64,000 nucleotides of DNA from an uncultured Chloroflexia bacterium (GCA_963718285.1 CAVQYU010000004.1:86838-150837); one strand, 5' to 3'; shown: positions 30,633 to 45,876, counted from the stretch's first letter. The notes: a model not told the origin generated them from the sequence alone. Numbers and translations: made by a program.

Positions 30633-31886
30633 TTAGGAGTTGGGCGACGACCGGGCGGTGGTTCGACGTCGGCTGCGGCGCTCGGCCGGCTTGGGATCGG
30701 CAGCCGGCTCGGGGCTCGCTGACCGGGCGGCGGCCTGCGGCCACGGCGGCGGCTTCGGTGGCCTCGCGCTCACGGGCTGCGGCGGCCGCCGCAGTCGCGG
30801 CGGCGAAGGCGCCCATGGCGACATCGGATTCGATCGAAGCCGAAACGTCGGACTGGGCGGGCGCGACCGAGCGACCGGCGCGACCACGGGTGGCGAGGCA
30901 GCCGGGCTCTGGCGGGGCGCCGGCGGCGCGATCGTATCCTCGGGCGACTGGAGGGTCGTCCGGTGGATCCAGCCCTCGGTCCCGAGGGGCGTCCGGACCT
31001 GGACCCAGGCGCCCCGCCGCTCGAGCAGCTCGACCTCGTCGTTGGCCTGGAGCTGGCCGACCTGCGTGCCCCGGATCTCATCGGGGATGTCGGTGAGCGC
31101 CACCAGGTCGTAGCGCACGATCCGGCGTTCGAGGCCGGTGCTGGTCGCCCGGGCGAAGGTCATCGCCGGCGAGGGCAGGGCCGTGATCTTGGGCGTCTCA
31201 TAGCGCGCCGTCTTGAGCGACGGCCTGCGCCAGCGGGGCATCAGCGCCTCGCCATACGGCTCGTCCAGGGCTGTGCTGGGTGCCGCCGCGATGGCGGCCG
31301 CCGACGTGGGCACCATCGGCGGGACGACCGGGATGACCGGGGCGGCCTTGTCGGCCTTCGACTTCCTGGCCTTGTCCGACTTGCCTGGCTTGGCCACGAC
31401 CGCTGCCGCGAGCGGCAGCGCCGGCGATGCCCCCTGGGCAGCGGCCCCTTGGGCGGCGGTCCGCCCGGCAACGGCGGGGCGACGCCACCGGCTGGCTCGG
31501 GCCCTCGGCGACGCTTGCGGGCAGAGGATCCAGAGCCACATCGCGACCATCGTCGAGGCGGCCAGCAGGATCAGGAGCGGCAGGCCGCCGCTGCTCGACG
31601 ATGAACCGGGCAGAAGCGGGCCGGCCGCACTGGGCGGGGTGCTGGGGCCGGCACTCGAGCCGCCGCCGATTGCCCCGATCAGGCCGTCGGTCGGGCTCGC
31701 CAGTCGCCTGGCCCGGGGTCGCCACCGGGCGCGGGCGTGGCGGCCGGGGTGCTGGCCGCGGTCGGCCTCGGAGTCGTCTTGGGCGTCACCCTGAGGCGTC
31801 GGCCTGGGCGTTGGCTTGGGGGTCGGCTTGGGCGTTGGCTTGGGCGTCGGCTTGGGCGTGGGCTTGGGCGTCGGCGTCGTCGTCAC
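30633..31886 (-). CDS. Membrane protein with N-terminal (TPKP)n repeats, one TM helix, a bacterial SH3-like domain and Pro-rich tail; boundaries uncertain
   Basis: MTTTPTPKPTPKPTPKPTPKPTPKPTPRPTP...LPLLILLAASTMVAMWLWIL...IVRYDLVALTDIPDEIRGTQVGQLQANDEVELLERRGAWVQVRTPLGTEGWIHRTTL (SH3b-like). Confidence 0.45.
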   Translation of the reverse strand: MTTTPTPKPTPKPTPKPTPKPTPKPTPRPTPQGDAQDDSEADRGQHPGRHARARWRPRARRLASPTDGLIGAIGGGSSAGPSTPPSAAGPLLPGSSSSSGGLPLLILLAASTMVAMWLWILCPQASPRARASRWRRPAVAGRTAAQGAAAQGASPALPLAAAVVAKPGKSDKARKSKADKAAPVIPVVPPMVPTSAAAIAAAPSTALDEPYGEALMPRWRRPSLKTARYETPKITALPSPAMTFARATSTGLERRIVRYDLVALTDIPDEIRGTQVGQLQANDEVELLERRGAWVQVRTPLGTEGWIHRTTLQSPEDTIAPPAPRQSPAASPPVVAPVARSRPPSPTFRLRSNPMSPWAPSPPRLRRPPQPVSARPPKPPPWPQAAARSASPEPAADPKPAERRSRRRTTARSSPNS

Positions 31887-32522
31887 GATCGGAGTGGGTG
31901 CACCGTGTTAGGCAGCGAAATGGATGTCGGCGCGTGGCCAGGTCGTCGCGGTGCCGTACGAGCTGACCGATCCCGGTCATGTGCTGGTCAGCAGTGAACG
32001 AGTACTTCCACGGCCCGGCGCTAGCGGGGTCGAATACGTGAATGTCACGCCCGTTGTGTTCAGACGCGGGTCGCCAGCAGCTGGGGTTGCCCGCCGACCG
32101 GTGTCGCGGGACGGGTCGATTGTGGACAGATGGCGACGTGATCGTCACGTCGCGCAGCGCGGCCCGCGTCTGCGGGCTGGTAGTCGTAGTAGACGACGGA
32201 GAACTGGAAGGGTCGAGGTGTCGTGCCCCCAGACGGGCGTCACGCGTCCCAGCACAGGTCCGTCTTGTAGGGCGTAGAACCGATTGGATTTGACGATGAG
32301 CACACCAGCGGCCAATGCCGGGCGCGCCGGAGCAGTGACCGTCAGTCCGACGGCCAGCAGCAGCGCCGCCAACGTTGCGACAGTGGCCCGAATCACAATG
32401 GTTGTTGCTTCTCCACGGCGTGGTCGCCCGAGCCTAGATCGGGCCGGGACCAATGTCCGTGGCCTATCCGTCCCGTTCGGTCGTAACCCTTTCGGGGACC
32501 GAGTGGGTCCTGCATGCACCAC
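31786..32522 (-). CDS. Hypothetical secreted protein (signal peptide), frameshifted; may be the N-terminal part of the 30633-31886 gene
   Basis: VIRATVATLAALLLAVGLTVTAPARPALAAGVLIVKSNRFYALQDGPVLGRVTPVWGHDTST..., then FQFSVVYYDYQPADAG... and ...HVFDPASAGPWKYSFTADQHMTGIGQLV in other frames, running into the TPKP repeat. Confidence 0.3.
31801..31872. repeat. Tandem 12-nt repeat (ggcttgggcgtc, 6 copies) encoding (TPKP)n on the minus strand
   Basis: ggcctgggcgtt ggcttgggggtc ggcttgggcgtt ggcttgggcgtc ggcttgggcgtg ggcttgggcgtc. Confidence 0.8.
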
Positions 32523-32589
32523 CCCCGTCCCCGGACCCGGCTCGCCGGCTCGTCCGCCGCGAGCCGCGCCGGTCGCCTAGAATCGATCG

Positions 32590-33473
32590 ATGGAACGGAT
32601 TGGCTTCGTTGGCCTGGGGACGATGGGCGCGGCCATGGCCGGCCACCTGGTGCGCTCCGCGGGCTCGGCCACCGTCTGGAACCGGAGCCCGGGCCGGGCC
32701 GCCGAGCTGGTCGAGCCTTGGGGCGATCGAGGTCGACAGCCCCGCGGCTGTGGCGTCGGCCAGCGACGTGGTCGTGCTGTGCGTGTCCGACACGCCCGAC
32801 GTCGAGTCGGTCCTGTTCGGGCCGGAGGGGCTGGCCGAGCGGGGCCAGCCCGGGCAGCCTGGTGATCGATTGCTCGACGATCGCCCCGGGCGCCACCCGG
32901 GACATGGCCGCCCGGCTGGCCGGCCAGGGGGTCCAGTTCGCCGACGCGCCCGTGTCGGGCGGCTCCGAGGGCGCCCAGAAGGCGACCCTGACGATCTTCG
33001 TCGGCGCCGAGCCGGCCGTCTTCGAGCGGGCTCGGCCGGTCCTCGAGGTCATGGGCAAGACGATCACCCACGTCGGTCCGGTCGGCAACGGCCAGGCGAC
33101 GAAGGCCGTCAACCAGGTGATCCTGGCCGGCACCTACCTGGGCGTGGCCGAAGGGATCGTCCTGGCCATCAAGGCCGGGCTGGATGTGGAGCAGGTGGTC
33201 GGTGCCCTCGGCGGCGGCGCCGCCCAGAGCTGGGTCCTGGCCAACCGCAGCGGCCGGATGCTGGCCAACGACTATCCGCTCGGCTTCAAGATCGAGCTCC
33301 ACCTCAAGGACCTGGGCATCGCCCTGGGCCTGGCGACCGAGTCCGGCGCCGAGCTGCCGGTCACCGAGCTGTGCGCCGAGATCGAGCGCGGCCTGGTGGC
33401 CGAGGGCCATGGCGACGACGACATCTCGGCCGTGGCCCGCCGGATCCGGGCCCTGGCCGGCCTGCCCGCCTGA
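32590..33473 (+). CDS. NAD(P)-dependent 3-hydroxyisobutyrate/2-hydroxy-3-oxopropionate reductase family oxidoreductase; 2 apparent frameshifts
   Basis: MERIGFVGLGTMGAAMAGHLVRSAGSATVWNRSPGRAAEL...DVVVLCVSDTPDVESVLFGPEGLAE...LVIDCSTIAPGATRDMAARLAGQGVQFADAPVSGGSEGAQKATLTIFVGAE...GPVGNGQATKAVNQVILAG. Confidence 0.7.
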
Positions 33474-33474
33474 G

Positions 33475-34666
33475 CTAGCTGCCGGGCGCCCCGAGGAGCA
33501 GGAGCGGCTCGCCCAGCTTGCCCGAGTAGATCGGCCGGAAGCGTTCCGTGTCGTACATCGTGGCGACGTCGACCGAGCGGGGCGGAACGCCCGGCTCGGG
33601 CAGGTGGGTCTGGGCGTAGCGGCCGTCCCGGATCGCGACCATCCGGCCGCTCACGCCGTCCCGGATCAGGTCCATGGCCACGTTGGCAAAGGTCATCGCG
33701 ACCATCTGGTCGAGCTGGTCGGCCTCGCCGCTGCGCAGGTCGTAGGTCAGCTCGCTGGCGACGGACTCGATGCCGGTCCGCTTGCGCAGCTCGTCGGCCA
33801 GGACCTCGCCGATGTTGACCTTGTGGCGATGGCCGAACGAGTCCGCCTCGCCCCATTCGGCCAGGGTCGGCGCCCTGCCAGATCGCGCCCTCGGCCGTGA
33901 TCACGAACGCATACCGGCTGGGGTTGTTGTGCCAGTCGGCCTTGAGCAGCTCGGCCAGCGCGTCCAGGTCGAACGGCGCCTCGGGGATGACGCAGCGACC
34001 CGAGGCGACATAGGCCGTGAACAGGGCGGTGAAGCCACAATCTCGGCCGAAGATCCGGAAGACGCCGATCCGCTCGTGCGAACCCGAGGGTGGTCCGCTG
34101 CCGGTTGATCAGCTCCTTGGCCCGGGTGATCGCCGTCGAGAAGCCGATGCAGTACTCGGTGCCCTGGACGTCGTTGTCCATCGTCTTGGGGATGCCCGTC
34201 AATGGGAATCCCCGCGTCGACCAGGACCCGGGCGAAGCTGAGGGTGTCGTCGCCGCCGATGGCGACCAGGTGGTCGATCCCGAGGGCCTCGATGTGATCC
34301 AGGACGAGCGGAGTCAGGTCGATAGCGGTCCTCGCCCGCTGGCGTACTGGGCGGCGTCGGCCGGGGCCAGCCAGGCCGGCAGGTTGCGGCCGGCGATCTT
34401 GCGCGGGTTGGTCCGCGAGGTGTGCAGCCACGTCCCGCCGGTCCGGTCGATCGTCCTGGTGTTGATCCGATCCAGCCGCCGGACGTAGGCCGGGTCGAGG
34501 TCCGGGCCCGGGCTGCATGTGGGTCAGTCCTTCCCAGCCACGGCGGATGCCGAGGACGTCGTAGCCCAGCTCGGTCGAGCGATAGACCACGCCCTTGATG
34601 ACCGAGTTGAGGCCCGGCACGTCGCCGCCGCCCGTGAGAATCCCGATCCGCCGGGTCCGGGCCATG
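33475..34666 (-). CDS. pfkA: 6-phosphofructokinase (ATP/PPi-dependent PFK family); multiple apparent frameshifts
   Basis: [47 protein letters not shown]...[61 protein letters not shown]...; C-terminal [17 protein letters not shown]. Perfect SD AAGGAG 6 nt upstream of the ATG at 34666. Confidence 0.75.
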
Positions 34667-34723
34667 CACTGCTCCTTCGTCAATTGTTGCGTCGACTGAA
34701 TCGTACTCGGCTACCATCCCCCC

Positions 34724-35225
34724 ATGAACTACGAGCTGTTCATGGGCGAAGCGTTGGCCGAAGCGGGCCTGGCCCTGGCCGCCGGCGAGCGGCCGGTGGC
34801 CGCCGTGGCTGTCGTCAACGATGCCATGGTCGCCCGCGCCCGCGATCGGGTCCAGCGCGACCAAGGACCCGACGGCCCACGCCGTCGTGACCGCCCTGCG
34901 TGAGGCGGCCCGCCGGCTGGGTCCCGGTGCGCTCGCCGATGCGACCGTGTTCTGCACCCGCGAACCCTGTCCGATGTGCGTCGGTGCCCTGCTCGAGAGC
35001 GACGTCGGGGCGCTCGTCTACGCCGTCCCGAACATCGTCGACGGGGCCGCCGGAACGGTCATCCAGCTTGCCCAGCACCCGGGCCTGCGCCGCCGGCTCC
35101 AGGTCGTCAGCGGCATTCGCCAGGCCGAGGCCGAGGAGCTCTTCGCCAGCCACCGGGCGGCGCTGGGCGTCGCCGATGGCTACGCTGCCGGGCTGGCCGA
35201 AGAGGGGCTCGCGGCCCGGGCCTGA
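34724..35225 (+). CDS. tadA: tRNA-specific adenosine deaminase (CDA-fold); 1 apparent frameshift
   Basis: MNYELFMGEALAEAGLALAAGERPVAAVAVVNDAMVA...; then ...AVVTALREAARRLG...LADATVFCTREPCPMCVGALLESDVGALVYAV (PCxxC zinc motif). Confidence 0.7.
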
Positions 35226-35247
35226 GCCGCTTTGGTATCCTCCCCGC

Positions 35248-35333
<86 letters not shown>

Positions 35334-35380
35334 ACGTTCCCTACCGGTCGGCTCCGACGGCCGCGTCGCGACGTCATTCC

Positions 35381-35468
35381 GGAGAGGTCGCCTAGTGGCC
35401 TATGGCGCCGCATTGGAAATGCGGTTCGGGGCAACCCGTCGGGGGTTCGAATCCCCCCCTCTCCGCCA
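35381..35468 (+). tRNA. tRNA-Ser(GGA), type II
   Basis: ggagaggtcgcctagtggcctatggcgccgcaTTGGAAAtgcggttcggggcaacccgtcgggggttcgaatccccccctctccgcca. Confidence 0.8.
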
Positions 35469-35526
35469 TCACCGCGAGTCCGGCTCGCAAGCACGCTGGC
35501 CCTGGTCGGACCCGGCCGGCGCCCCT

Positions 35527-35790
35527 GCTATGATTCCGGGGCCGTGCTAGGCGGGGAACTAGCGGTGCCCTGTACCTGCAATCCGCTCCAGCAGGGCTGA
35601 ATTCCCTCCCGAGGTCTCCGTTCTCGAAAGCCGCTGTCACGAGCGACGTTGAGGGCCGGGTCCCGCGCAGCGGCGACTCGTGAACCGTGTCAGGTCCGGA
35701 AGGAAGCAGCACTAAGCGATCTTCGCCGGGTGCCGCGGAACGGCCTGGTCCGAGCCGCTTGTGATGGAGGGCGCGGGGGCGTTCTGGTCG
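35527..35790 (+). ncRNA. ffs: Signal recognition particle RNA, long Bacillus-type with Alu domain
   Basis: 5' gccgtgctaggcggggaactagcggtgccctgtacctgcaatccgctccagcagggc (Alu-domain consensus), domain IV gtgtcaGGTCCGGAAGGAAGCAGCactaag, 3' end ...ggagggtgcacggc. Position tRNA-Ser-ffs-dnaX is conserved. Confidence 0.8.
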
Positions 35791-35861
35791 ACGGAGGGTG
35801 CACGGCAATCTGAACCTGGTGGACGGCTCTTGAACCCGACCGAGCTCGCAGCCCGGTCCCG

Positions 35862-37561
35862 GTGAGCCGACGCGTGCTCGCCCCGCACCGGGCGCTGTAC
35901 CGCCGCTGGCGGGCCCAGACGTTCTGCGGAGATCGTCGGCCAGGAAGCCGTGGTCACCACCCTCCGGAATGCCGTCCGCACCAACCGGCTGGCCCACGGC
36001 CTGCTGTTCGTCGGGCCGCGGGGCACGGGCAAGACCTCGCTCGCCCGGATCGTGGCCAAGGCCATCAACTGCCCCTTCGTAGCCGACGGGGAGCCTGCGA
36101 CGTGTGCGAAGCGTGCGTGGCCATCCGCGAGGGTCGGGCGCTCGACGTGATCGAGATGGACGCCGCCTCGAACAACAAGGTCGACGACATGCGGGAGCTG
36201 CTCGAGCGGACCTGGACCGCTCCGTCCGACCTGGCCCGCAAGGTCTACATCGTCGACGAGGTCCAGCGGATCAAGGAGGGCTGGGACGTCCTTCTCAAGA
36301 CCCTCGAGGAGCCGCCCGACCATGTCGTGTTCATCTTCTGCACGACCGATGCCAGCCAGATCCGGCCGGCCGTCCTGTCCCGTGTCCAGCGCTTCGACTT
36401 CACTCGCCTGAGCGTCGACCAGATCGCCGGCAAGCTCGACCGGATCCTGGCCGCCGACGGCCGGACCGCCGAGCCCGGGGCCGTCCAGCTGGTCGCCCGG
36501 CTGGCCGCCGGGGGGATGCGCGACGCCGAGTCGATCCTCGACCAGGTGCTGGCGTCGGGGGACGAGCTCCTGACCGAGGCCCAGGTCGGCGAGCTGCTCG
36601 GCCTGGTCGACGCCGAGACCGTGACCGGCTTTCTGGACGCGCTCGTGCGGGGCGATGCCCTGGCCGGCCTGGCCGCGATCGACGGCCTCGAGGAGCGCGG
36701 CCGCGACCTCCACGTCTTCCTCGACCAGGTCGTCGACGCCGTCCGCCTCGCGCTGACCAGCCGCCTCGGTGGCGGACCGGCGGCCAATCCGGGCAGCCCG
36801 GGGTCGGTCTCGGACGCCTGGCCCATCGCGAGCCTGATCGCTGTCGCGCGCCGGCTGGCGGCGATCGACCCGAGCCGGGCCATCGATCGGGGGGCTGCGC
36901 TTCCAGCTCGAGCTGGCCCTCCTCGAAGCCAGTCCTCGCCCCGAGCTTGCCCCGCCTGCGCCGGCAGCCTGCCACGGCCCAGCCCGCGGCGACGAAGCGG
37001 GCCAAGGCCCCCGAACCGGCGGTCGAACCGGTCGTCGGGCCGGCCGAGCCGGCCGTCGAGCCGGGTAAAGGCGCGCCAGCCGAGCCGCCTGCCAAGGCAC
37101 CGGTCGCAGTCCCTGTGGCGTCGGGCCGGCCGACTCGGCCAAGGTCCGGGCGAACGGCCCGATTGGAACCTCCGCTCGCCGCGGATGGACCGGTCGCTGC
37201 CGCCGACGCGAGCCCGGGCCTGGCCAGCCTGATCGAGGCCTGGCCCCGGATCGTGGCCGAGCTGAGCAGCAGCCCGCCGATGAAGCCGCTGGTCGAGGCC
37301 TGCCGGCCGATCGAGATGACCGGCAACCAGGTGGTCCTCGGCTTCCCCGAGGGCAAGGCCTTCCTGCGCGACGTCGCCGAGCGTCGCCGGACCCACCTCG
37401 AGGAAGGCATCGGGCGGGTCCTCGGCCGCCCCGTGGCCGTCCGGCTCGTGGCGACCAACCTCGACCTGCTGCCCGCACCGGCGGCCGAGGAGGCCGATCT
37501 CCTGACGATGGCCCGCCGGATCTTCGCCGACGACCTGGTCGATGCCGACGAGGTCCGCTGA
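35862..37561 (+). CDS. dnaX: DNA polymerase III subunits gamma/tau; apparent frameshifts
   Basis: ...[57 protein letters not shown]...[38 protein letters not shown]...[37 protein letters not shown]...SRVQRFDF; tau-type C-terminal region. Confidence 0.85.
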
Positions 37562-37635
37562 GACTGGGCCTGCAGCTGCCCGCGTCATCCGCCAGACTGT
37601 CCAGCGCATAGCGACTCACGGAGGGTTCAGCGCAC

Positions 37636-37941
37636 ATGAGCATGGCCAACCTGCAGCGGATGGCACAGCAGATGCAGCAGGAGATGCTGCGGGTCCAGGG
37701 CGAGCTCGCCACGCTGACCGTCGATGGCTCGGCCGGCGGCGGCGTGGTCAAGGCGACCGTCACCGGCAAGCAGGAGCTGGTCAGCGTCACGATCGACCCG
37801 TCGGCCGTCGATCCGGCCGACGTCGAGATGCTCCAGGACCTGGTCACGGCGGCCGTCAACGACGCGCTCAATGCCTCGCGTGAGCTGGCCGAGTCGAAGA
37901 TGGCGGCCGTGACCGGCGGCATGCGCCTGCCGGGGATGTAG
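37636..37941 (+). CDS. ybaB: Nucleoid-associated protein YbaB/EbfC
   Basis: MSMANLQRMAQQMQQEMLRVQGELATLTVDGSAGGGVVKATVTGKQELVSVTIDPSAVDPADVEMLQDLVTAAVNDALNASRELAESKMAAVTGGMRLPGM. Confidence 0.85.
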   Translation: MSMANLQRMAQQMQQEMLRVQGELATLTVDGSAGGGVVKATVTGKQELVSVTIDPSAVDPADVEMLQDLVTAAVNDALNASRELAESKMAAVTGGMRLPGM

Positions 37942-37952
37942 GCGGAGCCGGC

Positions 37953-38576
37953 GTGTCCAGCCCTGTCATCGAGCCCGTCGCGCGCCTGATCGAGGCGTTC
38001 TCGCGCCTGCCCGGCATCGGACCGAAGACGGCCCAGCGCCTGACCTTCCACCTCCTCCGGGCGCCCGACGCCGAGGCCCGGGTGCTGGCCGCTGCGCTGG
38101 TCGCGGTACGCGACGAGGTCGTCTTCTGCGATCGCTGCTTCAACATCAGCGATGCCCCGCTCTGCCCGCTGTGTCGCGACCCGGCCCGTGACGGCCGCCG
38201 GCTGTGCGTCGTCGAGGAGCCGCTGGATGTCCTGGCCCTGGAGCGGACCGGCGAGTTCAAGGGCCTCTACCACGTCCTCCACGGGGCGATCTCGCCGATC
38301 GACGGGATCGGCCCGGAGCGCCTCCGGATCGCGGAGCTGCTGCGCCGGGTCGAGGAGGCGTTCGCCGCCGGCGAGCCATTCGAGGAGGTCATCCTGGCCA
38401 CCAACCCGACCCTCGAGGGCGAGGCGACCGCGATGTTCCTGGACGAGCGACTCGACGGCCGCGTTGGCAGCGTCAGCCGGATCGCCCGGGGCATTCCGGT
38501 CGGCGGCGACCTCGAGTACGCCGACGAGGTGACCCTGATCCGGGCCCTCCAGGGCCGTCGCGCGATCCGGGCCTAG
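37953..38576 (+). CDS. recR: Recombination protein RecR
   Basis: ...LIEAFSRLPGIGPKTAQRLTFHLL...CDRCFNISDAPLCPLC (zinc finger)...LCVVEEPLDVLALERTGEFKGLYHVLHGAISPIDGIGPERLRIAELL...VILATNPTLEGEATAMFL (Toprim). Confidence 0.9.
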   Translation: MSSPVIEPVARLIEAFSRLPGIGPKTAQRLTFHLLRAPDAEARVLAAALVAVRDEVVFCDRCFNISDAPLCPLCRDPARDGRRLCVVEEPLDVLALERTGEFKGLYHVLHGAISPIDGIGPERLRIAELLRRVEEAFAAGEPFEEVILATNPTLEGEATAMFLDERLDGRVGSVSRIARGIPVGGDLEYADEVTLIRALQGRRAIRA

Positions 38577-38591
38577 GCCGAGCCTGCAGCC

Positions 38592-38777
38592 GTGAGCAAC
38601 CTGGTCAACGAGATCCTGCTCCGCCTGGCCAAGGCCGGAGCGGCGGCCCTGGTCGGGCTGCTGGTCTACCTGCTCGCGATCGGCCCGGGCGGTGCGGCCG
38701 GCTCGGTCGAGCTCGCCCTGCTGTGCTGGATGTCGGGTGCGGCCTTCGTCCTGCTGGTCGAGTCCTCGCCCTTCTGA
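38592..38777 (+). CDS. Small hypothetical membrane protein (61 aa)
   Basis: VSNLVNEILLRLAKAGAAALVGLLVYLLAIGPGGAAGSVELALLCWMSGAAFVLLVESSPF: two predicted TM helices. Ab initio only. Confidence 0.3.
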   Translation: MSNLVNEILLRLAKAGAAALVGLLVYLLAIGPGGAAGSVELALLCWMSGAAFVLLVESSPF

Positions 38778-38820
38778 CGGCGGGCCATCGGCCCAGGCCC
38801 GGTTGGCCGGCGAGCATCGT

Positions 38821-38849
38821 TTGACACCCCCGCCAGGCTCACCTACCAT
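38821..38849 (+). promoter_or_regulatory. Candidate rRNA operon promoter P1
   Basis: TTGACA (38821-26), 17 nt, TACCAT (38844-49), ~240 nt upstream of 16S. A second cgTTTGACAg repeat at 38920-25 is a possible P2. Confidence 0.4.
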
Positions 38850-39086
38850 TCGGCCTCGCGCCCCCGGAATTGCCGGGTCTCCGCTCGGGCCGGATCACCG
38901 GTCCACCCGTCCCCGTCGTTTGACAGGGCGGGTTCCGATGCGTCAACATTGACGCTTGCGCCCGGTGCATTCGTGCCCCGGACCGCTGCACCTTAACAAT
39001 TGAAGAGTGACAGGAAATCCGGGTAAGGAAATGTGCGAGCGGTCAAACCCTCGAAATTGGAGTCCCGGCCGCAAGGTCGGGTCTTT

Positions 39087-40589
<1,503 letters not shown>

Positions 40590-40852
40590 GGGAGATCCGA
40601 GTCGAAGACGTTTGGTGGGTCTTCGGCGTTGATGGCTCCTAGGGTTGATCGCAGGGTCGTTCGCGTCTTCCGCCAGGTGGGACGCGCCGGCCGGTTCCTT
40701 CGGGATCCGGACGGAGGCCAATCTGCGAACGTGGTAAGAAACACCGAAACCCGTTCAAACATTCCGAGCCCGATATTTCCTGTCACTCTTCAATCGTTAA
40801 GGGTGCAGCCGCCGGCCGACGACGTGTCGACCCGAGTCGGCACGGCCCCGGC

Positions 40853-40929
40853 GGGCGTTTAGCTCAGCTGGTTAGAGCACTGCCCTGATAAGGCAGAGGT
40901 CTCTGGTTCGAGTCCAGAAACGCCCACCA
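40853..40929 (+). tRNA. tRNA-Ile(GAU) in the 16S-23S spacer
   Basis: gggcgtttagctcagctggttagagcactgcccTGATAAggcagaggtctctggttcgagtccagaaacgcccacca. Confidence 0.9.
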
Positions 40930-40943
40930 CCTCCTACCGGCAA

Positions 40944-41019
40944 GGGGACGTAGCTCAGTTGGCAGAGCATCTCCTTTGCAAGGAGAGGGTCAGGAGTTCG
41001 AGTCTCCTCGTCTCCACCA
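40944..41019 (+). tRNA. tRNA-Ala(UGC) in the 16S-23S spacer
   Basis: ggggacgtagctcagttggcagagcatctccTTTGCAAggagagggtcaggagttcgagtctcctcgtctccacca. Confidence 0.9.
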
Positions 41020-41365
41020 ACAACTGCCGGATCGCCGAAGTTCCACGCCACCCTTGAACCAAATCGAATAGCACCGCTCGAGCCTGGATCCGGAGACGCC
41101 GGCCGGACTCGAGCACTGATCTGTCAGCGCATCAAGCCCTTGATCCGTGCCCTCGAGATTCGAGGCCACCGACCAGCGGTTCGCTGGAGACGATCCCGGC
41201 CTCGTGCCGAGCTCGTGGCCCGTTTCGGCGGGCAGCACCTTTACAACTGGAAGATGTCGTTCGGTAGTAAATCGAATCTTCGATTTCGCCGAGTTAATTT
41301 CAAGGTGTAATCCCAAAACAAATGGAGCCCCTCGGCGGCTGATCGCTTGATCAGAGGCTGAAGGG

Positions 41366-44443
<3,078 letters not shown>

Positions 44444-44572
44444 TTCAGCTACTGATCAAGGATCAGCGGCTGGCTCCGAAGGGATTCACCGCGTGCCAGG
44501 GGCACGCCGGAATGAACTCGTCGAGATCGAAGACTTCAGACCGCCGAACGACATCGACCAGACGCATGAAAT

Positions 44573-44688
<116 letters not shown>

Positions 44689-45155
44689 ATTTTTGCGTTT
44701 CAGGGGTCTCCGGCGCCGGCGAGCCCGGGTCGCCCATCCGTCCCGCGGCCCGGCCACCGGCCAGTGCCGTCGGACGTCGACGCCGCCGGACCACCCCGTC
44801 AGGCCCGGAGGACGACCGGATTCGCCCTGCGAGGCCCCTGCGGCGGCTCGAAGGCCGCTCGGCTCGCCCTGTGCAGGATTGGCTTCCGGGGCCAGGCAGG
44901 GCCGCGCGAAAGCACCAGCCGTTGATGCCAAATTCCGCTGACAGCCGCCTTATGGTGGCTCGACCTCGGCCGTTGCTCCTACTCCGCAGGGCGCGGCCGA
45001 CGTGCGTGACCATCCGGCCTGACCCGCGAGACCACCCGTCGAAGCCACGGTCGACCATAGGGCGCCCTGACGGAGGCCGACCGAGGCGAGCCGTCTTCCG
45101 TCGTGCGAGCCCGCCGGACGCCCAACGAGCCGCGGCGGACCGTTATCCTTACCCG

Positions 45156-45851
45156 ATGACCGAGCCGAACGACGAGCTGGCCACGCCACTGCCGCGGACG
45201 ACCGCGAGCCGTCCGAGCTCGCCTCGCCGGTCTCGACCGCGACCCCGTCGAGGCAGCCGACCGCCGGATCCGCCGGGCCTCCCAACCGGCGCCGCCGCCA
45301 CGTCGCCCGCCGCCGCCACGGCCCGTGCCGCCGACGTCACCGGCGCCGCCGCGTCACCCGCTGTGGCTGCCACGATCCTCGTCGGTCGGCGTCACTTCGC
45401 CCGGACGACGCCGGTCGTCGTCGACCGCGGCCGGGCCTCGTTTGGCCTGCCCTCACTCGCCGATCGTCGCCAGGCCGGCCAGATCGGACTGGTCGTGCTG
45501 ATGATTGCGGCCCTCGGCGCGATCCTTCTGGCGCGCGGCGGCGGGACGGGGTCGCCCGGGATCGCCGGTGGTGGCTCGCCTTCGCCCCAGGCCTCGCTCG
45601 CCGCCAGCCCGCAGCCGACGCCCCGGCCATCGCCGTCGCCGTCCGGCAGTGCCGGTCCCGGCCCGAGCGCCGCCCCGGCCAGTGCCAAGCCGTCGCCGAC
45701 GGCCAAGCCGCGGACCTACACCGTCAAGTCCGGCGACACCTTGTCCGGGATCGCCAGTCGCTTCCACACGACCCCCAAGGCGATCGAGCGGGCCAACGGC
45801 CTCAAGAGCCCGTACGTGATCCATCCCGGTCAGGTCCTCAAGCTGCCCTGA
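45156..45851 (+). CDS. LysM domain-containing membrane protein
   Basis: MTEPNDELA..., TM IGLVVLMIAALGAILLA, a Pro/Ser/Ala linker, C-terminal LysM YTVKSGDTLSGIASRFHTTPKAIERANGLKSPYVIHPGQVLKLP. Confidence 0.6.
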   Translation: MTEPNDELATPLPRTTASRPSSPRRSRPRPRRGSRPPDPPGLPTGAAATSPAAATARAADVTGAAASPAVAATILVGRRHFARTTPVVVDRGRASFGLPSLADRRQAGQIGLVVLMIAALGAILLARGGGTGSPGIAGGGSPSPQASLAASPQPTPRPSPSPSGSAGPGPSAAPASAKPSPTAKPRTYTVKSGDTLSGIASRFHTTPKAIERANGLKSPYVIHPGQVLKLP

Positions 45852-45876
45852 GCCTTGCTGCGACGGGCGCCCGCGA

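Noticed and set aside
35712-38849. 1045-aa minus-strand ORF antisense to dnaX-ybaB-recR. Similar long antisense ORFs occur at 49353-51854 (833 aa, opposite clpC), 47234-49270 (678 aa, opposite rpsA), 59789-61624 (611 aa, opposite tuf), 8487-10007 and 51887-53041.
   Set aside because: At ~70% GC, stop codons are rare in all frames. The sense strands carry unmistakable conserved proteins, while the antisense translations are Arg/Gly/Pro-rich low-complexity sequence with no motif.
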